From an uncultured Chitinophaga sp. (GTDB lineage: Bacteria; Bacteroidota; Bacteroidia; Chitinophagales; LD1): 64,000 nucleotides of DNA. Made by a program: the position numbers and the translations under genes. Shown one piece after another: positions 8,415 through 18,687 of this stretch (position 1 is its first letter; the number at the start of each line of letters is the position of its first letter). The stretch is taken from assembly GCA_964423405.1 (NCBI GenBank), contig CAYREY010000005.1:64494-128493 (forward strand). The letters are read 5' to 3'. The notes below the pieces were generated by a model. It searched no databases, was not told the DNA's origin, and was given only the letters and a program-made list of their open reading frames with translations.

Positions 8415-9296
8415 ATGGCTAAAAAGAAATCAGATAATAGGACACAGAAGGATTTTAGCTTCGATCCACCATCTAAAACGTTTGCACGTGGGTTTATAGC
8501 ACCGTTTAAGTTTTACTTTGCTCCCCAGTTTTACGGATTAGATGAGCTGGATGTTACCCGTCCGGCCATTTATGTATCTAACCATACCATACTGGGTGTG
8601 TTTGATGGCTACCCGTTTGCCATAGAGCTGTACCTGCGCAAGGGGCTTATACTGCGTGCCCTGGCCGATAGCAACCACTGGCGCATACCGGTGTGGCGCG
8701 ATATAATACAGAAGAACCTGGGTGCCAGCGAAGCCAGCCGCGAAAACTGCCGCGAGCTGATGAAATTGGGCGAAAGCATATTGGTTTTTCCGGGTGGTAC
8801 GCGCGAGATATGCAAAAAGAAAGGCGAACAGTATATACTTAAGTGGAGCGACCGCAAGGGCTTTGTGCGCATGGCTATGGAGCAGGGGTATGATATAATA
8901 CCGGTAGCTGCCGTAGGTGCCGAAGAGACCTACACGGTAGTACAGGATGCCAACGATTTTTTAAAATCGCCGATGGGGCAGTTTTTAAAAATGGTAGGCG
9001 TAGCTGAAAAGTATTTGAAAAACGGCGACCTGGTGCCACCGGTAGTGCGCGGCATAGGCGATACTATTATACCACGACCTGCCAAGCTGTATTTTAGTTT
9101 TGGCAAGCGTATATCTACCAAAAAATATAAGGCCAAACACGACGACCCCAAAACGCAGGATATGATTAAGAAGAAGGTAGAGAAAGCCTTGTTGGCCGAG
9201 TTTGAAAAGCTGTTTGATATACGCGACCACGATACCGACCGCAGCAAATGGCGCCGGTTGCTGAATATGAAGAAACCGCACCCTGATGCGAAATAG
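8415..9296 (+). CDS. Lysophospholipid (PlsC-type) acyltransferase family protein
   Basis: It carries an SNHTILGVFDG His/Asp block and an FPGGTREI block, both characteristic of glycerolipid acyltransferases. Confidence 0.6.
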   Translation: MAKKKSDNRTQKDFSFDPPSKTFARGFIAPFKFYFAPQFYGLDELDVTRPAIYVSNHTILGVFDGYPFAIELYLRKGLILRALADSNHWRIPVWRDIIQKNLGASEASRENCRELMKLGESILVFPGGTREICKKKGEQYILKWSDRKGFVRMAMEQGYDIIPVAAVGAEETYTVVQDANDFLKSPMGQFLKMVGVAEKYLKNGDLVPPVVRGIGDTIIPRPAKLYFSFGKRISTKKYKAKHDDPKTQDMIKKKVEKALLAEFEKLFDIRDHDTDRSKWRRLLNMKKPHPDAK

Positions 9297-9311
9297 GAAA
9301 TACTACTAAAA

Positions 9312-9346
9312 AGCAACAGCCGGTTAATAACTAACCGGCTGTTGCT
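9312..9346. terminator. Bidirectional rho-independent terminator between convergent genes
   Basis: A 15-bp perfect stem agcaacagccggtta / taaccggctgttgct has a 5-nt loop. It is flanked by an A run (9308..9311) and a T run (9347..9349). Confidence 0.75.
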
Positions 9347-9364
9347 TTTCTAATCAGGTCACAC

Positions 9365-12007
9365 CTACTGTTTCACTATCTGCTTACGGTAGCTGAACGA
9401 TGGTGTTTTAAGCTCTACCACATAGTTACCAGCCATCAGCTCCCAGGCGTTTAACTGCGCATGGTGCAGGCCATTGCTGCCGGTAGATATAACACCGGTA
9501 CTAATCAGCTTACCGGTTACATCGTACACATTCATGGTTACCGGCTCGGCTTCGTACAGGTAGTATTGTACAATCAGTTTATCGTTCACCGGGTTAGGGT
9601 ACAGGCCAAACACCACTAGGTTAGCCGGTTCGGTTATGGCAGATGGTTCTGTTACCGTAAATATCAGGGTAATGGTATCGCAATGCGGTATAGCGCCGTT
9701 ATCGCAGCCTACCAGTTGCATGGTATCGCCACCGGTGTAGTTGTAGTACGGAAAATACTTCACACACGAATCACCGCCTATCCACTGGTAGGTAGCATGG
9801 TTAGGGGCATCGGTTACTGTTACGCTAACCGGTTCGGTGCTCAGGTCGTCAAACAACAGGCAATAAGTGTAGTTAGAGTTTTTGTTGACCAGTATGTTTA
9901 CATACTCATTAGCCGAAGGGTGGTCCACCTCAAACACAAACACCACCGTATCGCAGTTGTTGCTGTCATCGCAGGCTGTAAAGGTAATGGTTTCAAAACC
10001 TATAAAACCACTATCGGGCGTATAGGTAAAACAGGTATCGGTCAGGTTAATAGTACCATTCAGTGGCTGGGTGTAGCTAATACCGGTGTTGCTGGTTATA
10101 TCATCAAACACTATACAACCGGTACCGGTGCTATCGCGCGGTAGTTCAACGGTAGTGGTATCTATATCCTGCACCGATAGTACGGTTATGTACAGGTAAA
10201 CCGTATCGCACACGGGTATAGCCTCGTTGGTACAAACCGTAATAGCCACGGTATCGTACCCGTTGTAATTATTCAGTGGCTGGTAAGTTACATCCTGTCC
10301 GTTAAGCGACAAGGCCAGGCCATGCTGCGGGGCACCTATATTAATATTTACCGCAGGGCATACCGGGCCGTTAGGTATTACATTAACCGTAGCGGCGGTG
10401 TTTTCGGGTGTTACAACCACATGGTCTTCTATCCGGCGGAACGGCAAATGCTGGTTAGGCAACAGCGATGGTAGCGGAGCGGTAATAGCCGGTGCCGAAA
10501 CGTAACCATTGCTTTCGCGCAGGTGGCGCTCGTTATCGTTTACATAGTAATGCACACCGGGTATATCGGTAGCGGTTGGCGAGGTTACAGTGCTAACATA
10601 AGTATAGTCGGCCTGTGCACGGCCTTTGCGTACATCCATTACATAATAACCGTGGTCATCCAGGTTTATATATTTCATGTGTGGGTTTAGCCCGCGTATA
10701 ATACTGGCACCTACCGGTAGCGGCGAGTTAAGCGAGGTTACACTGGCTCCCACAAACTCCACCCCTATCGAACCGGCTCCGGTGTTATCATCGTAGTTAG
10801 CACCCGGTATATCGTTACACCAGCTGGTATGTATATCGCCGGTTAGCACTACAAAATTCTTTACCGGCTTATTCAGTATATAGTTCTGTATAATGTTGCG
10901 CTCGTAGTTGTAACCATCCCACTGGTCGGCGTTAACCGGCTGGCCAAACACCTGCAAGGGTGCAAACATTACCTGGTTGCCTACTATTTTCCAGCGGGTG
11001 CTGGTGTCGCCCAATTGTTGTAAAAACCAGGCCAGCTCTACCGGCCCCATCAGGTGGTGGCTGCTATCATCGGTAGCGCTCAGGTTCTGCTCATCACGGT
11101 CATACAGGCGGGTATCCAGCATTATCAAATCCAGCAGTTTGCCATAGCGCAGCTTACGGAAAATACGGATAGTATCTATCGGGTCGGGCTTGCGTATAGG
11201 CATCCATTTAAAATAGGTAGAGGTTGAAAAACGTTTCCGGTCGGCATAGTTACCCTCGGTGCCGGGGGTGTGGTTTTGCGCACCGCCTTTCCATGCATCG
11301 TTAGCTGTTTCGTGGTCGTCCCACACGGTTATAAACGGAAACAACTGGTGTATACGGCGCAACTGGTCGTCCAGCTTATATTGCGAATAGCGCATTTCGT
11401 AACCTATCTCGGTAGTACATTCTGCTGGTGGGTCGTACGTACGGCCCGATACGTTGCCGCTAAAATCGCCGGTTTCATATTCGTAGATATAATCGCCCAG
11501 GTGCACCACGGCATCTACATCATTCTTTTCTACTATGCTTTTGTAGGCATTAAAATAACCATGCTCCCAGCTGGCACAGCTTACCACCGCAAAACGTACG
11601 CTATCGTTATCGGCAGTAGCAGCAGGTGCTGTTTTGGTGCGCCCTACTATAGAGTTGCGGCCAAACGCGCGGAACATGTAATAATAAAAACGCGCTGGCT
11701 GTAAGCCGCACACATCTACCTTGGCGCAGTAGTGGTTAGCCTCGGTAGCGTTTACCTTGCCATAGTTTATCACATTGGTAAAACCGGTATCGGTAGCTAT
11801 CTGCCAGTATACTTCAATATCGCCTATTGTGCCGGTATCGGGGGTTACACGGGTCCAGATGATAACACCGTTATCGGTAGGGTCGCCCGACTCTACACCA
11901 TGGTAAAACGGACGCAGGTTGGGGTTAAGCACCACGCGGTGCTGCTGGGCAAATACCATAGCCACCAGGGGCAGCAACATCGTAACAACAAGTAATTTTC
12001 GGAACAT
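9365..12007 (-). CDS. phoD: PhoD-family alkaline phosphatase with Ig/cadherin-like modules and a T9SS type A sorting domain
   Basis: A signal peptide is present. PhoD metallophosphatase blocks are FAVVSCASWEHGYFNAY, VVHLGDYIYEY, TVWDDHETANDAW and VVLTGDIHTSW. About four modules with paired Cys follow (ITVCTNEAIPVCDTVYLYITV, ITFTACDDSNNCDTVVFVFEV, LVGCDNGAIPHCDTITLIFTV). The C-terminus GLYPNPVNDKLIVQY...YVVELKT matches the Por_Secre_tail (TIGR04183) pattern. Confidence 0.85.
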   Translation of the reverse strand: MFRKLLVVTMLLPLVAMVFAQQHRVVLNPNLRPFYHGVESGDPTDNGVIIWTRVTPDTGTIGDIEVYWQIATDTGFTNVINYGKVNATEANHYCAKVDVCGLQPARFYYYMFRAFGRNSIVGRTKTAPAATADNDSVRFAVVSCASWEHGYFNAYKSIVEKNDVDAVVHLGDYIYEYETGDFSGNVSGRTYDPPAECTTEIGYEMRYSQYKLDDQLRRIHQLFPFITVWDDHETANDAWKGGAQNHTPGTEGNYADRKRFSTSTYFKWMPIRKPDPIDTIRIFRKLRYGKLLDLIMLDTRLYDRDEQNLSATDDSSHHLMGPVELAWFLQQLGDTSTRWKIVGNQVMFAPLQVFGQPVNADQWDGYNYERNIIQNYILNKPVKNFVVLTGDIHTSWCNDIPGANYDDNTGAGSIGVEFVGASVTSLNSPLPVGASIIRGLNPHMKYINLDDHGYYVMDVRKGRAQADYTYVSTVTSPTATDIPGVHYYVNDNERHLRESNGYVSAPAITAPLPSLLPNQHLPFRRIEDHVVVTPENTAATVNVIPNGPVCPAVNINIGAPQHGLALSLNGQDVTYQPLNNYNGYDTVAITVCTNEAIPVCDTVYLYITVLSVQDIDTTTVELPRDSTGTGCIVFDDITSNTGISYTQPLNGTINLTDTCFTYTPDSGFIGFETITFTACDDSNNCDTVVFVFEVDHPSANEYVNILVNKNSNYTYCLLFDDLSTEPVSVTVTDAPNHATYQWIGGDSCVKYFPYYNYTGGDTMQLVGCDNGAIPHCDTITLIFTVTEPSAITEPANLVVFGLYPNPVNDKLIVQYYLYEAEPVTMNVYDVTGKLISTGVISTGSNGLHHAQLNAWELMAGNYVVELKTPSFSYRKQIVKQ

Positions 12008-12251
12008 AGAAACAGCTTTAAAATGCGGCGCGAAGTTAGCCTAATCTGCCGGCATTTTGTTGTTAATAATCAGATAATATTTTGTTAGCCGATTGTTGTT
12101 TACCAATGTGTTGTAATGGGTGTTGTTTTTAAACCCAAAGTTAAGCTGCCGGCTAGCGGCTTTGCATAATTTAAAGCCCGCTTAACCCGCCCGGCTATTA
12201 GGGCAGCGGGTTTTGTTATACTATTGCTGCGCAAATTTAACTACACAGGCC

Positions 12252-13889
12252 ATGAAACATACCTTTGCTGCCCTACTGCTTTTTGCCGCACTGACTGCCG
12301 GCGCTCAAACCACTCCTACAGCCAACAGTACCCCCGCCCGACCCAAACTGGTGGTAGGTATGGTGGTAGACCAGATGCGCTGGGATTTTTTATACCGCTA
12401 TCAGGATAAATATACTGCCGGTGGTTTTAAACGCCTGCTGCGCGATGGCTACAGCTGCGAGAATACACACATCAACTACTCTCCCTCTTATACCGCCTGC
12501 GGGCATACCTGCGTGTACACCGGTTCGGTACCGGCTGTGCACGGCATAACCGGCAACAACTGGTTTGATATTAAAGAGAATAAATACGTGTACTGCACCG
12601 AAGATACAACGGTAAAAACCGTAGGCAGCACCAGCAAGGCCGGGTTAATGTCGCCGCGCCGTATGCTTACCAGCACCGTAACCGATGAGTTGCGCCTGGC
12701 AACCAACTTTCGCAGTAAGGTAATAGGCGTAGCGCTTAAAGACCGCGGCAGTATACTACCGGCAGGCCATGCCGCTAATGCCGCTTACTTTTACGACCCA
12801 TCTACCGGCAACTGGGTTACCAGCACCTACTATATGCAGGAGCTACCTAAATGGGTACAACAGTTTAACGACTATAAACTGCCCGAAAAATACATGGCCG
12901 ACAACTGGAACACCCTGCAACCCATAGAGCGCTACATAGAAAGCACACACGACGATAAACAATACGAGGGCCTGTTTGATGGCGAAACCAAACCGGTGTT
13001 TACCCATAAAATAAGCACTATAAAACCTACCTATAAAATACTGGCTGCTACCCCGTTTGGCAATACAATTACCCTAAAGTTTGCCGAGGGCGCCATACTG
13101 AACGAGCAGATGGGCGCGCACGATGCCACCGATTTTCTGGCAGTGAGCCTCTCCAGCACCGACTACATAGGCCACCGCTTTGGCCCCAATAGTGTAGAAA
13201 CCGAAGACTGCTACCTGCGCCTGGACCGCGACCTGGCCGACTTTTTTACTTTTCTGGATGAACACGTAGGGGCTGGCAACTATCTGTTTTACCTTACTGC
13301 CGACCACGGTGTAGCGCACGTACCCGATTTTAATATTGAACACAAAATACCTGCCGGTGTGTTTCCTATAGATACCGTACTGAAACAACTGGATGCTAAA
13401 CTTAACCAGCAATACGGCGATGGCAAATGGCTGCTGAGTTTTGAAAACATGCAGTTGTATTTCAACAACCCGTTGCTGGAAGAAAGAAAGATAGACCGCA
13501 CTGCGTTTAAAAATACCATCCGCAGTTTTCTTACTAAGTTTCAGGGTGTGGCCAAAGTGCTGGATATGGAAAACCTGAGTAACGAACTGTTGGAGCCACG
13601 CATGAAACACGATATAGCAAACGGTTATTACCCTAAGCGTTCCGGCGAAATGTATGTACTATACGAACCGGCCTGGTTTGATGGCATGGATAAAGGCACT
13701 ACCCACGGCACCGTGTACCCGTACGATACCCACATACCATTGGTATGGATGGGTTGGCACATTAAGCCCGGCGAAAACCACGATGACATACACATGACCG
13801 ACATAGCCCCTACCGTAGCAGCCCTGCTGCATATACAGGAGCCTAACGGCAATGTAGGCAAGGTTATTACCGGCCTGTTTCAGAAATAA
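12252..13889 (+). CDS. pafA: PafA-like alkaline phosphatase / nucleotide pyrophosphatase family
   Basis: ATG 12252 gives MKHTFAALLLFAALTAGAQT, a signal peptide. Diagnostic blocks are VVDQMRWDFLYRY, TGSVPAVHGITGNNW, SLSSTDYIGHRFGPNS, LTADHG and GTTHG. The track start at 12213 is an upstream extension. Confidence 0.75.
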   Translation: MKHTFAALLLFAALTAGAQTTPTANSTPARPKLVVGMVVDQMRWDFLYRYQDKYTAGGFKRLLRDGYSCENTHINYSPSYTACGHTCVYTGSVPAVHGITGNNWFDIKENKYVYCTEDTTVKTVGSTSKAGLMSPRRMLTSTVTDELRLATNFRSKVIGVALKDRGSILPAGHAANAAYFYDPSTGNWVTSTYYMQELPKWVQQFNDYKLPEKYMADNWNTLQPIERYIESTHDDKQYEGLFDGETKPVFTHKISTIKPTYKILAATPFGNTITLKFAEGAILNEQMGAHDATDFLAVSLSSTDYIGHRFGPNSVETEDCYLRLDRDLADFFTFLDEHVGAGNYLFYLTADHGVAHVPDFNIEHKIPAGVFPIDTVLKQLDAKLNQQYGDGKWLLSFENMQLYFNNPLLEERKIDRTAFKNTIRSFLTKFQGVAKVLDMENLSNELLEPRMKHDIANGYYPKRSGEMYVLYEPAWFDGMDKGTTHGTVYPYDTHIPLVWMGWHIKPGENHDDIHMTDIAPTVAALLHIQEPNGNVGKVITGLFQK

Positions 13890-13912
13890 GTAACAGGGTA
13901 ACAATTGACTTT

Positions 13913-14383
13913 ATGGCAGCATATACCCTACTGCTTTTTCTGCACTCGTGTACCCGTTGGCTAGTGTTACTTAGCCTGCTATATGCATTATACCGCGCAT
14001 ACACCGGTTGGTTCAAGAGCCTGCCGTTTACCCAAACCGACAATACCGTACGCCAGGCAACGGCTACCATTGCCCACGTACAGCTTATACTGGGGCTTGC
14101 ACTGTATTTTATCAGCCCGTTGGTAGATTATTTTTTGAAGAACTTTAAAGAAGCAGTGCATGACCGGGAGATACGCTTTTTTGGTATGGAGCATAGCCTG
14201 ATGATGCTGGTTGCAATAATAGTGCTCACCATTGGTTCGGTATTGGCTAAACGTAAACCTGTAGATGTACAGAAGTTTAAAACCATGGCTATATGGTACA
14301 CCATTACACTGGTGATATTACTGGCTAACATACCTTGGCCATTTTCACCACTGGTAAACCGGCCGTGGCTTAGAGTGTGGTAA
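13913..14383 (+). CDS. Small integral membrane protein (about 4 TM), function unknown
   Basis: The 156-aa product has four hydrophobic segments. It starts 24 nt after the pafA-like stop. Its stop lies 1 nt from the stop of the convergent 1426-aa gene. Confidence 0.5.
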   Translation: MAAYTLLLFLHSCTRWLVLLSLLYALYRAYTGWFKSLPFTQTDNTVRQATATIAHVQLILGLALYFISPLVDYFLKNFKEAVHDREIRFFGMEHSLMMLVAIIVLTIGSVLAKRKPVDVQKFKTMAIWYTITLVILLANIPWPFSPLVNRPWLRVW

Positions 14384-14384
14384 A

Positions 14385-17300
14385 CTACCGCATTAGTGTA
14401 AGGCTACCGGTATATAATTCTTCGGTATGGTTATCTACAAACACTACCTTTAAGGTATACACCAGCACACCCGCCGGATGTGGCTTACCCTGATAGGTAC
14501 CATCCCAGCTAAAATTCAGGTCGTTGCTTTCATACACCTTCTCTCCTGTCCGGTTAAATATCTGTATATCCAGATACTTCAACGTCGGCAGGTTACCAAA
14601 CAGGCGGAACACATCGTTATTGCCATCGCTGTTAGGGGTAAATGTGTTGGGTATAAACAAATCGTAGCGCGGTAGTACCGTTACGGTAACCGGTTGTGCT
14701 GCGGTACAACTATTGCCATTTATATCGGCGGTTACCTGCACCGTGTACTCCATAGTATTGTAAGATGTAACTACCGGGCTGGCGCAATCAATACAACTAA
14801 GTCCGTTGGCCGGGCTCCATACATAAGTGGTAGCGGGGTCGTAATTGCTGGTAGCTGCAAGCTGCAGCGTATCGCCCAGGTTAATAGTAGCCGTAAGTGG
14901 CGTTACCGTTACTTCAACCGCTTGTGGCTCTGTTACCACCAGCCAACCGGTATCGGTGCAGTTGTTGGCATCGGTAACGGTGTATGTATAAGTACCGGCG
15001 CTTAACCCGCCAAATACACCGGTGCTGTTATTTCCTTCACCGCTCAGGCTGTAGGTGTAGCCCGGCACACCACCGGTTGCTGCAATAGCAGCCTGGCCAT
15101 TATTCTCACCAAAGCAGCGCACATTTTTAACGGTATCGGCAGCTATCAGTTCTGCCGGTTCGCTGATTGTTGCGCTGTTAGTAGCGGCACATCCATAGGC
15201 ATCGTACACCTCTATGCTGTAATTTCCGGCCACCAGTGTTGTAAAACTACCGGTGGTGTTACTATCTACACCGGTGCCACCGGCAAGTAATGTAAACGTA
15301 TAAGGCACTACACCGCCGGTTGCTGTTGCGGCTATGCTGCCATTGCTTAACCCGTAGCAGGTTATATTAGTAACCGTGGCGGTAGCCGTTATGGTAATAA
15401 CATGCAGATTGGTTATTACTATGCTATCGCAGCCATACATGTTGGTTAATATAACCGGATAGCTACCTGCTGCCGTTACGGTACTGCCATCCTGTAGGAT
15501 ATAGGTGCTGCCATTGCAGATAGTATCAGCTATAAGGGTGGTGTCATTTATACGTACATACAGTTGTGTTATCACCACACTATCACAACCATATACTGTT
15601 GTAAGCGTATCGGTATATATACCGGTAGTAGTTACCACACTACCACCAGGCCGGATATAGCTTACACCTGTACATATGGTATCAAACACAGTTGCCACCG
15701 GTATAACCCGCACAAACAAATTAGTGGTAACCGTACTATCGCAGCCATACACCGTTTGCAGGGTACTGGTATAGGTTCCGGTTGCACTAACAATTACCCC
15801 ATCGGGCAGGGTATAGCTATCGCCCTGGCAAATCGTATCATCTACCGTAGCGGTACCCAATGGATAAATAGTAAGATTAGTGGTAACTACACTATCGCAC
15901 CCTTCGGCAGTAACCAGCGTATCTACATATGTACCGGCAGTGGTAGTAGTGCTGTTATCGGGCAGGGTATATACCACACCCTGGCACACACCGGTATCTA
16001 CGGTAGTGGTATATACTATGTGGCATTCGCAGGCGTTATACGCCGCATTTTGAAAATCGAACCCGCTGCCACCTGCGCTGGCAGGTGTGGTATAACCAGC
16101 GCCAGCACCTGTTACCAAACCGTTAGCATCTACGGTTGGGGCTCCCGTACCAAGCAAGCCATCCGCATCTATCTGTGCATAGCCGGCTTCTATCACATCG
16201 TAGCAGGTATCGCCATCGCTATTCAGCGATATAAAATCGTACGCGCCGTTGTTATCGGTATTGGTAACCGTGTAAGTAATGTCGCCTGTAATATTGTCGT
16301 TGGTCTCTATGGTGTTATACAAACCGTTGGTACCAAACTGTGCATTGGCGCCGTCTATGCGGCCATTGTTATCAGCATCGGGCAGGCCATGACCGGCTTC
16401 CACCAAATCGTAAATACCATCGTTATCCGAATCCAGATCAAGCGAGTTAGGCACACCATCACCATCGGTATCGGTGTTGCAGTTTACATTGTAAAAAGTC
16501 ACTTCATCTAAAAAATTGCCCAGCCCCGCACTACCACCGGCGCTTGATATAGCCTGAAACGCAAAGCGCGAGGTAGTTTGACCCGCAGGTACTATATACG
16601 TACCATTATAAACGGCCCATGCCGTGTTGCCGGTAGCGTACTGCCCTTGTGGCACCAGGGTACCGTTAGGGTCGCCTATACGCACTTCCATCACATCGGT
16701 GCCGGCGCGGCCGCGGTGGGCACAATACCACACCAGTATATCGCCGGGCGTAGTAGGCACATCCTGGTATAGCGCCGAAAACTGGGTGTAGTTAATCTCG
16801 GCATGTTGGTTACCGGTATAGGCTGGCACACCATTAAAGTTATTGGCCCACATTTCAATAGTACTGTCGCTGCTGGTAGTTTCCCAACCGGGCACCTGCG
16901 GGTTAGTATAGTAACCTACATTGCTGCCGGCTATCGCCGGTTGCTCAAAGCCACCGTTTACCAGCAGGTTTTGCAGCGAGTTGCCGCCACATTCCACCGC
17001 ATCGGTTATACCATCGTTATCATCGTCAATATCGTATTCATCGGTTATACCGTCGTTATCGGTATCGGGAAAACAACTGGTTACCGCTACAAAAATTGTA
17101 TCGGGCGGACTAACACAGCCTAACACAGTTGCCTGCACTATATAGTTGCCCGAGTTGTTTGCCGAAGCAGACGGCACAAAAGGGTTTTGCTGCGCCGAGC
17201 TAAACCCACTTGGCCCGTTCCATGCGTAGGTGGCCAGCGGTATGGTATCGGCCGTAAGCTGTATGCCCGAACCTACGCACACATTACCTGCATTGGCTTG

Positions 17301-18665
17301 TGCGTTTACATCTATGCGCGCAAAATTACTGAAGTAGCCAAACCGTGTACCACTACCCGACCCGCCATGTATCAACCCGAGATGAAACAACGATGTAGTG
17401 TTAGACACCCGAATAGCTGTACCCTGCGGATAACTACCCACCGGTAACGATACCTGTGCCGATAACCATTGGCCACCGGTGCCGGGCACGGCTGTAAAGG
17501 CGCCACCGGTTATTACCGCATTGCTGCCATTTACCAGAAAACCGTTTTGCCCGCCGTTGCGCACCATTACATTAATAAACATATCCTCGCTGGTTGAGCG
17601 TGTAAACGATACATCGAACGAACCGGTGCATATAATGGGTGGGATAATGTCAATACCTATCTCGCAGCCAAAGCCACTTAGTTGCAGTACATACACCGGT
17701 GCCGATGTTTGTATGTAAGTAGATGTGCCAGCAATACCTAAGCGATAAGTTTGCCCGGCATTGATGGTAGTAACCGCCACACCATCCTGCGATATGGCCG
17801 TACCGTTTTGTATAGCCGTAACAAATATCTGATCGCCGGGTGCATTTAAAAAGCCTTTCATGGCCACATACTCGGTGCCCAGTAATCCTATTGGTACTAT
17901 CTGGTCGCCGCCCAAATCGCTGCAACCACCAAAGGGGCCACCGTTCAGCAGGTCATCTTTAATAGTTATGGTAATAGGTTTATCGGCAATTACACGTGAG
18001 CCCTGTAAGTGCTGCGCCGCCAGCACACTGGCCGCCGTAGCTGAGTACGTTTGCCCCTCGTTAAGCGTAATGGTAAATGCCGTACCGGCCGTATGGCCTA
18101 CTATGCTGTTAGATGGAGTAATAGTAATGGTGGTATTGTTCTGCGTAGCCACCATATCAAAAGCAGAATAAGGTACCGGTGAATACGCGTTATTGTTATC
18201 CAGATAGTTTTGCGATGGTATCCAGAAATCGGTACCCATAGCATTCTGCCCTTTCAAAACAAAAATTTCGGGGTTGCACTGGCATTGGGCACTTACTACC
18301 TCGTAATAAGCAGTAACCGGTGCGGTAGATTGTATTTTCAATCCGTAATTAAGTACTAAATCGGCTGGCTTGTTTTCTATTACATCTATCCAGGCACTAA
18401 GGTCAACACTTTGTGTGCTGTTGGTAGCTATGTTAACCACCTGTGCCGGCATACCACCACCTGCCGGTTGGCTGATAGTAACCGTTGCCGCCTGTGCACC
18501 GGTAGTAAGGCGCACTGCAATAGGCCGGTCGAACGTAGCGGTAGATATAGAAACCTCCGGCGCAGCAAACCAGAACAGCGTATCGGTTTGTGCCTTTGTT
18601 TGTAATGTTACCAACAGCAACACCAGTAATAATGGCAGACTGCTAAAAACGGGGGATTTTTGCAT
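14385..18665 (-). CDS. T9SS type B sorting-domain cargo (1426 aa), multidomain surface protein
   Basis: The signal peptide is MQKSPVFSSLPLLLVLLLVTLQTKAQT. The N-terminal ~450 aa resemble the IgGFc-binding-like domain of gliding-associated proteins (moderate certainty). Thrombospondin type 3-like Ca-binding Asp repeats are present (DTDNDGITDEYDIDDDNDGITD, DTDGDGVPNSLDLDSDNDGIYD), as is a jelly-roll-like domain (LVNGGFEQP...NFLDEVTF). Five ~45-aa CxGxxYxLPDG...GCDSxVxTNL modules and two SprB-type repeats (CYGLSNGSI...GGVVPYTF) follow. The C-terminus FIPNTFTPNSDGNNDVF...IFNRTGEKVYES...WDGTYQGK is of the TIGR04131/CHU_C type. Confidence 0.85.
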   Translation of the reverse strand: MQKSPVFSSLPLLLVLLLVTLQTKAQTDTLFWFAAPEVSISTATFDRPIAVRLTTGAQAATVTISQPAGGGMPAQVVNIATNSTQSVDLSAWIDVIENKPADLVLNYGLKIQSTAPVTAYYEVVSAQCQCNPEIFVLKGQNAMGTDFWIPSQNYLDNNNAYSPVPYSAFDMVATQNNTTITITPSNSIVGHTAGTAFTITLNEGQTYSATAASVLAAQHLQGSRVIADKPITITIKDDLLNGGPFGGCSDLGGDQIVPIGLLGTEYVAMKGFLNAPGDQIFVTAIQNGTAISQDGVAVTTINAGQTYRLGIAGTSTYIQTSAPVYVLQLSGFGCEIGIDIIPPIICTGSFDVSFTRSTSEDMFINVMVRNGGQNGFLVNGSNAVITGGAFTAVPGTGGQWLSAQVSLPVGSYPQGTAIRVSNTTSLFHLGLIHGGSGSGTRFGYFSNFARIDVNAQANAGNVCVGSGIQLTADTIPLATYAWNGPSGFSSAQQNPFVPSASANNSGNYIVQATVLGCVSPPDTIFVAVTSCFPDTDNDGITDEYDIDDDNDGITDAVECGGNSLQNLLVNGGFEQPAIAGSNVGYYTNPQVPGWETTSSDSTIEMWANNFNGVPAYTGNQHAEINYTQFSALYQDVPTTPGDILVWYCAHRGRAGTDVMEVRIGDPNGTLVPQGQYATGNTAWAVYNGTYIVPAGQTTSRFAFQAISSAGGSAGLGNFLDEVTFYNVNCNTDTDGDGVPNSLDLDSDNDGIYDLVEAGHGLPDADNNGRIDGANAQFGTNGLYNTIETNDNITGDITYTVTNTDNNGAYDFISLNSDGDTCYDVIEAGYAQIDADGLLGTGAPTVDANGLVTGAGAGYTTPASAGGSGFDFQNAAYNACECHIVYTTTVDTGVCQGVVYTLPDNSTTTTAGTYVDTLVTAEGCDSVVTTNLTIYPLGTATVDDTICQGDSYTLPDGVIVSATGTYTSTLQTVYGCDSTVTTNLFVRVIPVATVFDTICTGVSYIRPGGSVVTTTGIYTDTLTTVYGCDSVVITQLYVRINDTTLIADTICNGSTYILQDGSTVTAAGSYPVILTNMYGCDSIVITNLHVITITATATVTNITCYGLSNGSIAATATGGVVPYTFTLLAGGTGVDSNTTGSFTTLVAGNYSIEVYDAYGCAATNSATISEPAELIAADTVKNVRCFGENNGQAAIAATGGVPGYTYSLSGEGNNSTGVFGGLSAGTYTYTVTDANNCTDTGWLVVTEPQAVEVTVTPLTATINLGDTLQLAATSNYDPATTYVWSPANGLSCIDCASPVVTSYNTMEYTVQVTADINGNSCTAAQPVTVTVLPRYDLFIPNTFTPNSDGNNDVFRLFGNLPTLKYLDIQIFNRTGEKVYESNDLNFSWDGTYQGKPHPAGVLVYTLKVVFVDNHTEELYTGSLTLMR

Positions 18666-18687
18666 AGCGTAAATATAATACCCCTGT

